Source: Mobula hypostoma
Taxonomy: Eukaryota
Direction of reading: 5' to 3'
DNA: 64,000 bases
NCBI RefSeq assembly: GCF_963921235.1
Contig: NC_086107.1
Location: 102,550,001 to 102,614,000 of the forward strand
Below are positions 10,216 to 23,972 of this stretch, in pieces. Position 1 is the stretch's first letter. Each line of letters starts with the position of its first letter. The notes under the pieces are model-generated. The model was not told the origin of the DNA. It ran no database searches and saw only the letters and a program-made list of their open reading frames with translations. A program made the position numbers and the translations under genes.

Positions 10216-11388
10216 GTACACAGTAGATATTGCCAAGAAAATGGATCCTCCAAATTTGGAGAAATTTTGGTTATAATAAAATACTGTAGTTGCTTTCAAC
10301 ATAGATGACTTCAACATGGTCTCTCGAGATGCTGTGCATTAGACTGCCATATAAAATGAGGCATAATACAACGTAGTGTGCCTACCTTCACCGCAATGAC
10401 AACATACGCATACCAAGCCCAGTCAGCCTCTGAGGACTGTGGCAAAGGCATGGCAACTTGACACTCATACTCCCACTGTCATCTCTTGTAGACTATTCCA
10501 ACCTCCCAGACTATTCAAAGTACATTTATTATACATTATACAGCCGAGATTTGTCTACTAACAGGCAGCCCTGAGACAAAGAAACCCACAAGAACCCATA
10601 TAAAGAAACGATAGTTGGACACCCAATGTGCAGAAAATAAAAACACATCATGCCCATCAAAAAAGAACCCATAAAAAGATTTTTTAAAATATTTAACAAA
10701 AGACCGAACACTCAATGTGTAGAGAACAAAATCATGCAAACATAGTAACTGCAAGCAAATAAAGTTCTGAACTGAAGTTCGCAAGGGGAGTCCCATAGTT
10801 CAGCAGAGTTTAGCACAGAGCTGAGTCACGGAGCAGTGAACTGAACCGGCCCATCCCTTGCCTTGGGCCCTGGCACCCTGACCTTTTCAATCTGGCCTGG
10901 TGCCTGAATCTCCATCCAATTATCGTTCAATTGCCTGGATACGCTCTGGCACACAGACACTGCCGACTTGACTCAGCCTGTAGCTGACCTCTCCAATTCA
11001 ACACAGCACTTAAAACGATCCAAGCTCAGGTCTTCCCTGCTCTCGGCGACAAGCCCGCCATCTCTCCTTGACTCAGTTCTGCCACATCGAATTGCCTTCA
11101 GGTCCGAAGGGAAGTTACAGTCTATTATTTGCAATACTCTTTTGCCAGAAAAGTAGTGATTAACAAAATATTTAGTTGTCTTCCTTGTTTCGTTAGCCAC
11201 CAGCCAGAATTCACTGAGGTTCACCAGCACCATCTTAAACCGGAATCCTTTGCATTTCCTCTATGACCAGAAGGATAAATCTGTCACTGTCTCTGTGTCC
11301 AGTGACAATTAAGGCTGGACAATAAATGCCAATGTTGTTAGAAATGTCCAGGTTTGTGAAGGAATAAATAAGAGATTAAAACAGAATA

Positions 11389-11500
11389 ACACACAAAGTT
11401 GCTGGTGAACGCAGCAGGCCAGGCAGCAGCTCTAGGAAGAGGTACAGTCGACGTTTCGGGCCGAGACCCTTCGTCAGGACTAACTGAAGGAAGAGCTAGA
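11389..11500 (-). mobile_element. 112-bp Penelope-derived mini-element with 11-bp TSD
   Basis: AAAACAGAATA at 11378-11388 and 11501-11511; CpGs retained, suggesting a young copy. Confidence 0.85.
11445..11482 (-). ncRNA. Minimal type I hammerhead ribozyme motif
   Basis: AGUC-CUGACGA-A-GGGU(CUCG)GCCC-GAAA-C-GUC^GACU: both core boxes intact, stem I AGUC/GACU, stem II 4 bp, stem III reduced to palindromic ACGU. Confidence 0.75.
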
Positions 11501-12019
11501 AAAACAGAATAGTTCATATTCCTTAATATCAACTCAAACACAAGCAAAGAAACTATATGATGGCCACTATTTGGACATCACTATACGAGAAATACCAAAG
11601 TACTCTACTTGGGGTCTTCATTTTCTCTCTCCAAGAATGGCTTAGTCATACCATCAAATGGTTCAATTTAATATCAGAGAACATAGACAGTATACAACCT
11701 GAAATTCTTACTCTTCGTAGACATCCACAAAACAGAAACAAACTCCCAAAGAATGAATGATAGAAAATGTTGAAACCCTAAAGTCCCCCTTCCCTCCTCC
11801 CATGCACAAGCAGCAACAGAATAATCAACTCTCTCCCCCCTTATTTGCTCCAGCAAAAGCATCAACCCCCCCAACCACCGCCATACCCCCATACAAACAA
11901 TAGCAAAGAACCCAAACAAACCATGATCTAGAGTCCATCAAAAACTACTGTCCATCCCAACACTTCAGCATCTCAGACAGGGGTTTGTGTGTGGGAGAGG
12001 CAGAGAGAGACAAATGCTG

Positions 12020-13045
12020 ATTTATTATAATTCTCAATCCCATTCTCCTGCCTTCTCCCCTTCGACAACCTTACTAATCAATCTCTGCTTTAAATATACC
12101 CAATAACTTAGCTTCCACAGCTGTCTGTGGCAATGAATTCCACAAATTCACCATCCTCTGGCTAAAGAAACTCCTCCTCATCTCCATTCTAAAGGGACGT
12201 CCTTGTATTCTGAGACTTCCCTCTGGTCCTGGACTCCTTCACTACAGGAAACATTCTCTCCATGTCCACCCTAACTAGCCCTTCCAATATTCGATACATT
12301 TTAGTGATATTTCCCCCTCATTGCCCTCATTGTGTTGGGCATGTGGCCAAGTGGTTAAGGCATTCGTCTAGTGATTTGAAGGTCACTAGTTCGAGCCTCA
12401 GCTGTGGCAGCGTGTTTGTGTCCTTGAGCAAGGCACTTAACCACACATCACTCTAGTCTGTGCGAGGAGTGGCGCCCCACACAGACTTCCAATCTGCGCC
12501 TTGTAAGGCATGAAAATGCTCAACACAGACCTCTCATGGTCTAAGTCGACGTCCCCCTTCCCCTCCCCTCCCCCTCATTCTTCTAAACTCCAGAGCCATC
12601 AAACGTTTCTCATACATCAGACCTTTCATTCCTGAAATCATCCTTGTAAACTTCCTCTGGACCCTCTCCAATGCCAGCACATCCTTTCTTAGATAAGGGG
12701 CCAAAACCACTCAACGTATTCCAAGTGCAGTCTGGCCAATGCTTTATAAAGCCTCAGCATTACATCCTTGCTTTTACACCTTAGTCCTCTTGAAATAAAT
12801 GCTAACATTGTATTTGCCTTCCTTACTACCAACTCAACCCACAAGTTAACTTTAAAGAATCCTAAACAAGGATTCCCAAGTCGCTTTGCACCTGATTAAT
12901 GAATTTGCTCCCCGTTTAGAAATAGTTCATATGCCTTTAGATTAGATTAATGAGGACACGCAGTCCTCTTTTATTGTCATTTAGTAATGCATGCATTATT
13001 GCTTCTACCAAAGTGCATGACCATACACTACACTGTAATCCACCT
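12020..13045 (-). mobile_element. Decayed CR1 3' portion, interrupted by a SINE
   Basis: Similar to 18185-19375 and 47885-48490. Confidence 0.75.
12333..12570 (+). mobile_element. tRNA/CORE-like SINE (tail type B)
   Basis: Head nearly identical to 4613-4918 through CACTTAACCACACAT, then a different tail ending GGTCTAAGTCGACGT; CCCTCATT on both sides. Confidence 0.85.
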
Positions 13046-15038
13046 TTGTTAGAAGTCAAGAACTACTATGTTAATGATATGGTTTCTAGGCTGGGCAAAG
13101 ATACGGGTCAGTGAGAAATGCGTCAGAGCATCTAAATCATATCTACTCAAAAGTGTTTTTGGATTTGTCTTCAATGCTGACCCAGACAGTAGGCATTGGC
13201 TGACCTCCTATACTTCTGTCTATTGTTTAATTACATTGCAGGAAAGTCATCAGATGGAGGATTTCAAGTCCATCTTTACTTAAAATCCACGTGGCTGGTA
13301 AAATGAACAGAAGAGTGATACAGGATTGGGAGGGATTATCTCTACTTTCTCTAAAACTGAGACATTCCCCAGTCAGAATCACACATCAGGGAAAGAAGTT
13401 ATTCAGTTCACACTGACCAGTAGGCACAATCTTCTAGCATTTGGCTTGTAGCCTTCTCTGTCCATATGATTAAAGTGCTCTTCTAAACAATCAGCAGCTT
13501 TGCTCTCACTACTCTCTCTAGTAGAGTTTTACAGGTACTCATCACTCTCTGGGTGAGAAAGGATCCTCACCCCCAACACCCAGATCCCTTCTGTATCTTT
13601 TACCCTGTCTCTGTCTCCTAGTTTTATTCACCTCTGATAAGGGGAAAGTTTCATGCAGTCTACCCTCTCTATACCCCTCAATCACATCTCTTGTAACCTC
13701 TTCCACTCCTAGGAAAACAGACCTAGCCTCCCCAATCTATTCTCATATCTGAAATGACCCATTCCAGGCAACAGCTTGGTGACTCTCCTCTGTATCTTCT
13801 CCATCATCACCATACATCCTTGCTATAGTGTAGTGATCAGAAATGCCCACAGTACTTCAATGCCTTGTCAGTGTTTTGTATCATTGGAGCAGAACATCTC
13901 TGCACTTGTATTCAAAGCCCCAACTAACGAAGGTCAGTATGTCAACTTGTTAACCATGTTATCTATCCATTCTGCCATCTTCATGAACCTTTGGGCTTGC
14001 ATGCAAAATTCCCACTGCTCCTCAAGACTTCACCTCATAATTTCCAGGACTAAACTCCATCTTCCATTTCTCAGCCCATCAATATCACAATGTAGCCCAA
14101 GACTACCCTCCACACTTAGAATCTTAGAGTCATCTGCTAACTGATTGATCATGCCTCCTCGATCAACATGCAAATCATGTATGCATATTACAAACGGCAT
14201 TGCTCTGAGCATCAATCCCAGAGGGACACTACAAGTCACAAGCATCCATTTACAGATACAGCCCTCCAACATCACCTTGTCTCCAACTGCAAACCCAGTT
14301 TTTGGATTCAATTTGCCAACTTGCCCTGGATTCCATGGACCATATTCCTTTGCACCATTCTTACATTTGAGACCTTGTCAAAGACCTTACAGAAGTCCAC
14401 TCAAACCACATCTACTGCACTACCCTCATCAATACACATTTCTACCTTTTCAAGAAATAAGCAGATGAAGGGTCTCGGCCTGAAACGTCGACTGTTTACT
14501 CTTTTCCATAGATGCTGCCGTACCTTTGATAAGGTCTTCTGTCCACCTCTGATCAATCCCTATCTTTTCAAGTGATTATTAATCTTATCCCTCAGATTTT
14601 TTTCCCCAATAACTTTCCGATCAATGAAGCTAGGCTCACGGGTCTGCCAGGACTTTCCCTGCTGCTCTTCTTGGAAAGGGAGACATTTGCCACCCTTCAG
14701 TCATCTAGTATCACTCTTGTGGTCCACAAAGATTTAAAAATGATAACAATCTCCTCCTTTGCCTCCTATACCAGCCCGGACTAAATCTCAACCAGCCCTG
14801 GTGATTTATCCATCTAAGCCCAATGAGGCATTGAGCACCTCCACTTTATGTTAACTTCTACTAGAATTTTACCTTCCCCTTTGCTGAGTTCCATTTAATT
14901 TGCGACTACTGATGAAAAGTGTTCATTTAAGATCTCAGTTATATCTCCTGCTTCACACAAATTGACTACTCCCAGATGGTTCCTACTCTTTACCTATTTT
15001 TAAAATTGTAATATATTTATAGTGCCTTCCATTTTCTT

Positions 15039-15300
15039 GAGTTCGTGAGTTCGAGTCCCAGCAGAGGGAACGTGTTGTGCCCTTGAGCAAGGCACTTAAT
15101 CACACAGTGCTCTGTGACGACACTGGTGCCAAGCCATATCGGCCCTTACCCTTCCCTTGGACAACATTGGTGTCGTGGAGAGGGGAGACTTGCAGCATGG
15201 GCAACTGCTGGTCTTTCATACAACCTTGCCCAGGCCTGTGCCCTGGAGAGTGAAGACTTTCCAGGCGCAGATCCATGGTCTCGCAAGACTAACGGATGCC
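15039..15300 (+). mobile_element. 5'-truncated tail-type-A SINE
   Basis: Homologous to 4613-4918; TSD ATTTTCTT at 15031-15038 and 15301-15308. Confidence 0.85.
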
Positions 15301-17048
15301 ATTTTCTTAATCGTCATGTTTGTTTTTCCATGACCCGTCCTTGCCTTCCTAATGTCTTTTTTAAAAAAAAATATCACCCTACACTTTTTTATACTCCTGG
15401 TGGCCCTCCCCACCTTTAAGTTCTTTATACCTGCTATATCCTTCCGTTCTTCTTTTTATCACAACCCTCAGTGGCACTCCACACACAAGGACCCTCATAC
15501 TTGTTCGTGTTGGCTTTTACCCTTACAGGGACACGTTAGCCTAAACTCTTTCTATTTGTCCATTACATGTTTCCCCAATGAAATAGGTGCTGCCAGTATC
15601 CCAGGTCCTGTCCGTTCTTCCATTTCTTTAAATGCCTCCAGAATGCGTCCTCAGTGACCAGACTAGCTACATTCCCCAAAGTCCAAAGTTGCTACTTCTC
15701 CTATTCACCTACGGATCTACACCCGACATCAAAAAGCTCTCCTGGAAACTCCTCAGATTTTTTCTCCTTTGAACCTTTTATTCTAAGGCAATCCCAGTTC
15801 ATACTTGGGCAAATTGAAATCCTCTAGAACCACAACTTAGCTATTTGCCTAAATATCTGTGCCTCTATCTCTTGTTGGCTGTTAGGTGATCTGCAATATA
15901 GCCCAAAGGTGATGGCATCCTTTTTGTTCCTAATCTCTAACCACAAACACTCACTTGAGGAACTTTATTAGATATCCTCCCTCAGAACTGAAGAAATACA
16001 GTCCTTGTCTACAGTTCAGTGCCATCATTTCATTGACAGCCCCCTTTCAACTGAAAATTATATACCGTGGGATAGAGTTGCCTGTCCTGCTTGCCTTTCA
16101 ACCATGCCCCAGTGATGGCAACAATAACATAGTCTATACATTAATTCATAGCTTCATTAAGAACAAATAGCATTAGGGACTGGTCAGACTATCGCCTTGA
16201 TCATCTGAACCAGAGATGGAGACTTGGATCATCATGTGTTGATGCTTCAGTTGTGCAGAATTGCTAAAACTAAAATTTGATGGTTCCACCACTCCTGAGG
16301 CACCAAGTCTGCCAGTTAACTGCATGAATTTTTTTGCAACCTCAAAACCTTCAATTATCTACCAAGAAGAAATAAGCAGATGCATAAGAATCCCATCGTC
16401 TTCAACTCTCACTAACTTGATATCGACATAATTAACAAGTCCTTCATAATATTCAAAGTTCACCACCCCTAATCACCTAACGAGACTGAAGCAGTTTAAG
16501 ACGATTGCTCACCACTGTCTGGAGATGGGCAATGCATGCTGGCCTTGCTAACAATCTGCATAAACCAAGAATTAATTAAATAAAGTACTCTGCAGGAAAA
16601 GGTGTTATTTCTTTATTCACAAGAGGCTGCTAAAGCCACCAGATAGAAGATAATGCACCTAATAATGAACCCAGTACAAACTACTCCTGAGAACAAGAAT
16701 AATGAAAATGAAGAGCATATCAGCTACTACTCAGGCAGAGATGTTTCTCCACATTTTTTCTCCAAGTAGCTATAATAAGCACAAAATCTATCATGTTCTG
16801 CGTCCCGTTGTTATGGCAACTACTTTTCTCCTCCTGTATTTGTGCTTCAAATAAAGTCATTGACAAATACCAAGCCTTCAAAATTTTAGGTTCTCCATAT
16901 TTCTGTTTATCCTGGTTCTGCAAAAGTTTTCTGTATGACAGGATTGGAGTACAGGATACCGATTTGTTACATTGGAGGGTAAAGTGGTTAGATATCTTTA
17001 AGCTGGGGGTTTCAAAGCCTAGGCAGAAGGCAAAGAACATGGAGAGAT

Positions 17049-17405
17049 ACACTCAATGGCCACTTTTGAAAGTGACTTTGACCGTGGGTGCCAAACAGGG
17101 TGGTTTGATTATCTCAGAAACTGCTGATCTTTTGGGAATTTCACACAGTTCCTAGAGTTTACAAGAATGGTGCAAAAAAACTAAAAACATCCAGTGAGTG
17201 GCAGATTTGTAGGTGAAATCACCTCATTAAAGAGAGAGGCGTGAGGAAAATGGCCAATCTGGTTCAAACTGACAGTTAGGTGACAATAACTCAAAATAAC
17301 CACGTATTACGACAGTGGTGTGCAGAAGAGCGTCTCGAACCTTGAAGTGGATGGGCTACAGCAGCAGACGACCACGAACATACACACAATGGCCACCGAG
17401 TGTAC
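17049..17405 (+). mobile_element. Non-autonomous Tc1/mariner-like remnant (related copies about 31211-31423 and 47495-47880)
   Basis: Shared CACTCA(G/A)TGGCCACTTT end motif and an ISETADLLG-like HTH remnant; the 31.2-kb copy has both inverted ends. Confidence 0.6.
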
Positions 17406-18184
17406 AAGCCCTGGATACATTTCAAAAAGCTACACCTCACTAATATCCGGCTCTAAGTGTTATTATTGAGCAAATAGGCTCTCGCATTGCGCTTCATCCA
17501 TTTCAGTTTGTCAGTATTCCCATCACAGGAATTGGGATGGCATCACCTTCCACATCAGTGCTTTGAAATTATTTTTATTCCTTAATCACAGCTTCCTCTC
17601 CATGTCGTTACCAGGGCATTCCTACTTTTTCCTTCACTCAGAACAGGGATCTTCACTCAGATCATCTTCCACTCCTGCACCATATTCCAAAGAGACATTT
17701 CCTCAACCCAGACTCCTCTCACCTCTCTCTTGTCCTGAGGTGCTTCCTCGTGTTTGGTCTAAGTTTCCATATCCACTGGCACCCATACCTCTCCTTACGA
17801 CAATTTGCCACAAACCCACAGGATGCAACACCTGTACAGAGCTCCTCTCTTTCTATCATCCATATACTCAATCACCATATCCAACTAAAGTATTAATTAT
17901 AATTCTTCCAATTTGATCTTAGAACTTCTTAGGCAGTTGCTCAGGATTATGTTCAAGTTTAATTGTCATGCAACCATACATGAATATGCATAAATACAGC
18001 CAAATGAAACAAAGTTACTCCGGGGCCAAGGTGCAAAATGCAGTACCAACAGTCACACACAGCACAAGGTACATACAAGATGGCAAATACGTACCGTATC
18101 AGTAAAATGCAGTCACACAAAAAAAATATAGTCGAAGACCTTGAGTCCATGAATGGCTTCCAGTGAGTCTGCAGTTGAACACAA

Positions 18185-19375
18185 TTGAACATAAGAACAT
18201 AAGAAATAGGAGCAAGAGTCTGCCATCCGGCCCGTCGAGCCTGCCCCACCATTCAATAAGATCATGGCTGATCTGGCCATGGACTCATTTCCACCTACCT
18301 GCCTTTCCCCCATAACCCTTAGTTTCCCTACTATGCAAAAATCTATCCAACCTTGTCTTAAATATATTTACTGAGGTAGCCTCCACTGCTTCATTGGGCA
18401 GAGAATTCCACAGATTCACCACCCTCTGGGGAAAGCAGTTCCTCCGCATCTCCATCCTAAATCTACTCCCCCGAACTAGGGGACTGAGGCTATGTCCCCT
18501 AGTTCTAGTCTCACCTACCTGTGGAAACAACTTTCCTGCCTCTATCTTATCTATCCCTTTCATAATTTTATATGTTTCTATAAGATCTCCTCTCATTCTT
18601 CTGAATTCCAGCAAGTAAAGTCCCAGGCAACTCAATCTCTCCTCATAGTCTAACCCCCTCATCTCTGGAATCAACTTGGTGAACGTCCTAAGTCAGTCTA
18701 TCCTTCCTCAAGTATGGAGACCAGAACTGCACACGGTACTCCAGGCGTGGCCTCACTAGTGCCCTGTACAATTGCAGCATAACCTCCCTGCTCTTAAATT
18801 CAATCCCTCTGGCAATGAAGGCCAGCATTCCATTTGATAGCCTGCTGCACCTGCAAACCAACCATTTGAGATTCATGCACAAACACTCCCAAGTCCCTCT
18901 GCACACCAGCAAGCTGCTATTTTTTTTATCATTTAAATAATAATCAGCTCTTTCCCTTCCAAAGTGGATGACCTCACATTGTATTCCATCTGTCAGACCC
19001 TTGCCCAATCATTTAATCTATCTATATCTCTCTGCAGAATCTGCATATCTTCTGCACAATTTGCTTTTCCACTCAATTTAGTATCATCAGCAAACTTAGC
19101 TACAGTACACTCGGTCTCCTCTTCCAGGTTGTAAGTGTATTTCAGGTTGCGGGCCCAGAACCGACCCCTACAGCACACTGCTCACCACTGATTGCCAACC
19201 AGAGAAACACCCATGTATCCCAACCCTCTGCTTTTTATTAGTTAGCCAGTCTTTTATCCATGCTAATACATGACCTCCCCTCCCCCAACTCTATGCACCC
19301 TTATCTTATGGATAAGTCTTTTATGTGGCACCTTATTGAATGCCTTCTGGAAATGGAAGTAAATAGCTTGCCTTC
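18185..19375 (-). mobile_element. CR1 LINE RT and 3' end
   Basis: FQKAFNKVPHKRL, AKFADDTKL, LYRALVRPRLEY, (TTCTTATG)n tail; frameshifted. Confidence 0.9.
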
Positions 19376-21494
19376 TGCCGAGTGAACACCGGTGGTGATG
19401 GTGTTGAGGGTGGAGGCAGCACTGACTGCAACACCACACCACCTCTGATGCCTCTCTCCCAGGCGACACTGCAGCTTGAGGCCGGGTCCTTGCTACAATC
19501 AAGGCCACCCAGCTCCCCCACCATCCGGCCCTGCTGTTCGCCAATAAATCAGTATATCGGACTTGCAGCATCCCACATTAACAATGCCCAACAGGGTCTT
19601 GTGATCACAAGAAAAGGGACTAAGTTGATCAGGATTGAGGCCACCTTACTTCCAGTGAGTGAAAATTGAATGCATGTGATTTTTTTTAAACTTGGAAAAG
19701 TAATATTGACAGAGTGAGTCTACATCTGAAGACAAGGAGATCCAATGCAGGCTCGGCAACAGATCTAGTATTCACAGTGACATATTCTGACCTCCCACTC
19801 ACCACGAACATGAGATATGATGGTTGACTAATTTGCCATGACTGTACCACAGCATAGCTGCTGCTTGCAATTGATCATACACACTTGGGGTAGTGGATAG
19901 AATGCAGCAACTGAAGGAACAGTGTAGATTGATTTGGTTCAGAATCCTGCAACAGATGAACTTGTCCATTTGGACGCAAGGCATCAGGGATCAACTTCAC
20001 AGCCATCTCCCTAAATATGACAATTCAATCAGGAAAGGAGGTGGGGAATGGAGGGGAGAACAATTTGACATCTTGCACCATACAATTTTACTGTCTTTGG
20101 AATTGTACAGTTGACTTCAGTTCATATCATCAGTGTAGAATGCCTGCCCCAGCTGGTAGAAGGGCTGCGACATTCAGATCAGACAGAAATAAGGGAGAGA
20201 AACAGTTAACGTTTCAGGTCAATGATCTTTCATTGGAACTGGGAATAGGTTTGAAAATTGATGCATGGGGGGGGCATGTAAAAGGGGCTGCAAGATGGAA
20301 TCTGATTGGAACAGAGGACAGTGAATAACATGGCGCTGGTTGAAAAAGGACGGTGAAAGGTACTGTATGCATAGGGCTGATTGAATGAACTCAGAAAAGG
20401 CCCATCAACACCTCCAGTTTATTTGCCACTGTTCTACAAAAGCATTAATTTAATGGCCCAGAAACCTACCAGCAATTTTTTGGAGTATGGAAGAAAACTG
20501 GTGTACCCGAGATGCACACTCAGTTGTAGGCCAAATATGCTAATTCTACAGATTACACCCAACTCAGGTTTGAATCTAGGCCACCATCTCCTGTGCTATT
20601 GTATCAAGCAGATGAAGCAGCTGTGGGATTGAACACAGACCTCTAGACGTTATGCACCTTAAATGCCAGAGAATGTCTAGACCAACAAAATCTTCCATCT
20701 TTCTCTTTCAGGTGTACAGTTAACCCCCAGTGGCTAACCTCACTTGATGTGAAAACTTTGCCCAATTAAGTTTACATGTACAACAGCATGGGAGGTGAAT
20801 CATTAAAAAAAAACCTCTCAAACTTTGATGACAAATTCAGGGAGCAATTCCGTTTAGTCAAAAATGTGCACAGTACTAATTTGATTGGTCATTGCTAATC
20901 TCTCCGGCAGAAGAGCGATGGGCAGGTACCTCATTTCAGGATACTCATATTTCTAGCTTGAATTGAGATGAGCTGCATTCTGCCAAGAAGCTGCTTTTCC
21001 TCCCATGTTTCCCTAATGTCCCACATGCAACTAAAAATTCAACATTCAGCAATTACGCAGGGAGAATCCACTTTTTCATGCTTCATGGGGTGTGACACCA
21101 ATGCACCTATCAAAAGTAAAACAGATATTTCCCTCACAGTGTTCTCTCACTCCAGCTCTCAAAACCATCTGATCAGCAGTCATACCTTTCTCCTTCATTA
21201 CAGAAGTTAGACCTTTTCTAGTTCTCTAATCACTCAAATTGGTCCACTGATGCCATAGCCTCTCTTTACATTTCACTCTACCCTGTCCCACGTGAAAAAT
21301 AGTGCCATTTATCGACTTTAGGCATTTAATATAATCATCTCTCAGAAACTGGTGGGTAAACTGTTTGTGTTGGTTCTCAACGAAGTGGACCTTGGACTTC
21401 CTGACAGGACATTGCAGTCCACATTTCTAGCTCTATCATGCAGAGTACAACACCCCAGGCGCTATGAGCTCAGCCCACTACTGATGCATGACAT

Positions 21495-23295
21495 ATCAGG
21501 CATATTAATGCGTGGCTGAGAGACTGGTGTAGGGGGCAGGGCTTCGGGTTCCTGGATCATTGGGGCATCTTCTGGGGAGGTACGACCTGTACAAAAAGGA
21601 CGGGTTACACTTGAACCCAAAGGGGTCCAATATCCTAGCGCAGGTTTAATAGAGCTGTTAGGGAGGGTTTAAACTAATTTGGCAGAAGAATGGGAACCGG
21701 AGTGATGGGGCCGGGAAAGGAGAAAAAAGAAATAAATCAAAGATAGCATTCAACAGAGATGATAGAAAGGACAGGCAGGAGATGAGGCATAATCACAGCT
21801 AGTGGGATGAGTTACAAGGCAAAAAGAGGCCTTGTAACAAATACTGGACTGAATATGTTGTATTTGAATGCATGCAGCATGAGAAATAAAATGGATGATC
21901 TTGAAATTCATCTAGAGATTGGCAAGTATGATGTTATGGCCATCTCTGAAACTTGGCTAAAGGATGGCTGCCATTAGGAGTTGAATGTCCAAGAATATAT
22001 GGTGTATCGGAAAGATAGGTTAGTAGGCAGAGGGGGTGGTATGGTTCTGTGTATAAGAAATAATATTAAATCATTAGGAACAGTGCCGCAGCAACAACCT
22101 GGCATTCAACATCAGTAAGACGAAAGAGCTGATTGTGGACTTCAGGAAGGGTAAGACAAAGGAACACATACCAATCCTCATAGAGGGATCAGAAGTGGAG
22201 AGAGTGAGCAGTTTCAAATTCCTGGGTGTCAAGATCTCTGAGGATCTAACCTGGTCATAAACATTGTTGTAGTCATAAAGAAGGCAAGACAGCAGCTATA
22301 CTTTATTAGGAGTTTGAAGCGATTTGGCATGTCAACAAATACTCAAAAACTTCTGTAGTTGTACCATGGAGAGTATTCTGACAAGCTGCAATCACTGTCT
22401 GGTATGGAGGGGCTACTGCACAGGACCAAAAGAAGCTGCAGAAGTTGTAAATCTAGTCAGCTCCATCTTGGGCACTAGCCTATAAAGTACCCAGGACAGC
22501 TTCAGGGTGCGGTGTCTCAGAAAGGCAGTGTCCATTATTAAGGACCCCCAGCACCCAGGGCATGCCCTTTTCTCACTGTTACCATCAGGTAGGAGATACA
22601 GAAGCCTGAAGGCACACACTCAGCGACTCAGGAACAGCTTCTTCCCCTCTGCCATCCGATTCCAAAATGGACTTTGAAGCTTTGGACACTACTTCACTTT
22701 TTAAAAATACATAGTATTTCTGTTTTTGCATATTTAAAAATAATCTATTCAATATACATAATTGATTTACTTGTTTATTATGTTTTATTTTATTTTTATT
22801 TTCTCTCCCTGCTAGATTATGTGTTGCATTGAACTGTTGCTGCTAAGTTAACAAATTTCACGTCACATGCCAGTGATAATAAACCTGATTCTGAAAGGGA
22901 TGACATAGGATCGGAAAGAGTAGAGTTGAGAAATGGCAAGGGTAAAACCACCCTAATGGCAGTTGTATACAGGCTTCAGGCGTCCAAACTGCAGCTGGGA
23001 TGTGGATTACAAATTACAGCAGGAGATAGAAAAGGCATGTCATGATGATTGTTGGGGATTTCAACATGAAAGTAGATTGGGAAAACCAGGCCAGTAATGG
23101 ACCTCAAGAGTGAGAACTTGTAGAATGTGTAAGGGATGGCTTTTTAAGAACAGCTTGTTGTTGAGCCCACTAGGGGATCAGCTGTGCAGGATTGGGTGTT
23201 GTGCAATGATCCAGAGGTGATAAGAGAGCTTCAGGTTAAAGAACCCTTAGGGAACAATGATCACAATATGAACCAATTCATTTTGAAATCTGAGG
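21495..23295 (+). mobile_element. CR1 ORF1/endonuclease fragment split by a Rex1-like LINE
   Basis: GFGFLDHWGIFWGRYDLYKKDGLHLN, ETWL, VGDFN; host sequence resumes after the insert. Confidence 0.8.
22080..22891 (+). mobile_element. Rex1/Babar-like LINE 3' part
   Basis: NISKTKELIVDFRKG, FKFLGV, KKARQQLYF motifs; ends AATAAACCTGATTCT. Confidence 0.8.
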
Positions 23296-23972
23296 AGAAA
23301 CGTGGTGGCTGCATCATGTTGTGGGGATGCTTCACTGCAGCAGGCCCTGGAATGATTGTGAAGGTAGAGGGTAAAATGAAGCAGCAAATCACAGGGAAAT
23401 CCTGGCGAAAAACCTAATGCAGTCTGCAAGACAACTGCAACTTGGGAGAAGATTTGGTTTTCCAGGAAGACAATGATCCCAAGCATTAACCTGAGGTCAA
23501 AGCTACACAGGAATGGCTTAAAAAGAATAAAGTTAATGTCTTGGAGCGGCCAAGTCAGAGTCCAGACTTCAATCCAATTTGGAATTTGTGGCTGGACTTG
23601 AAAACAGCCATGTAATCTGACAGAGTTTGAGCAGTTTTGTAAAGAAAAATGGGAAAAATTGCAGTGTCCAGATGTGCAAAGCTGATAGAGACCTATCCAC
23701 ACAGACTCCAGCCTGTAATTGCTGCCAAAGCTGCATCTACTAAATACTGACTTGAAGGGGTGAATACTTAAGCAATCATTTTGTGTTCAATATTTGTAAT
23801 TAATTTAGATCACATTGTAGACATCTGTTTTCACTTTGACACTAAAGAGTCCTTTTCTGTTGATCAATGTCAAAAAAAAAAGCCAGATTAAATTCACTGT
23901 AATTCAATGTTGTAAAACAATAAAACATGAAAACTTCTGGGTTGGGGTGAATGCTTTTTATAGACACTATGT
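23295..23972 (+). mobile_element. Tc1 transposase fragment with right end
   Basis: [33 protein letters not shown] motifs; disrupted. Confidence 0.85.

Noticed and set aside
14461..14495. Active hammerheads here and at about 5375, 25315, 43340 and 55405
   Set aside because: Catalytic core or stem I is mutated (e.g. CAGAUGA, CUGCCAA).
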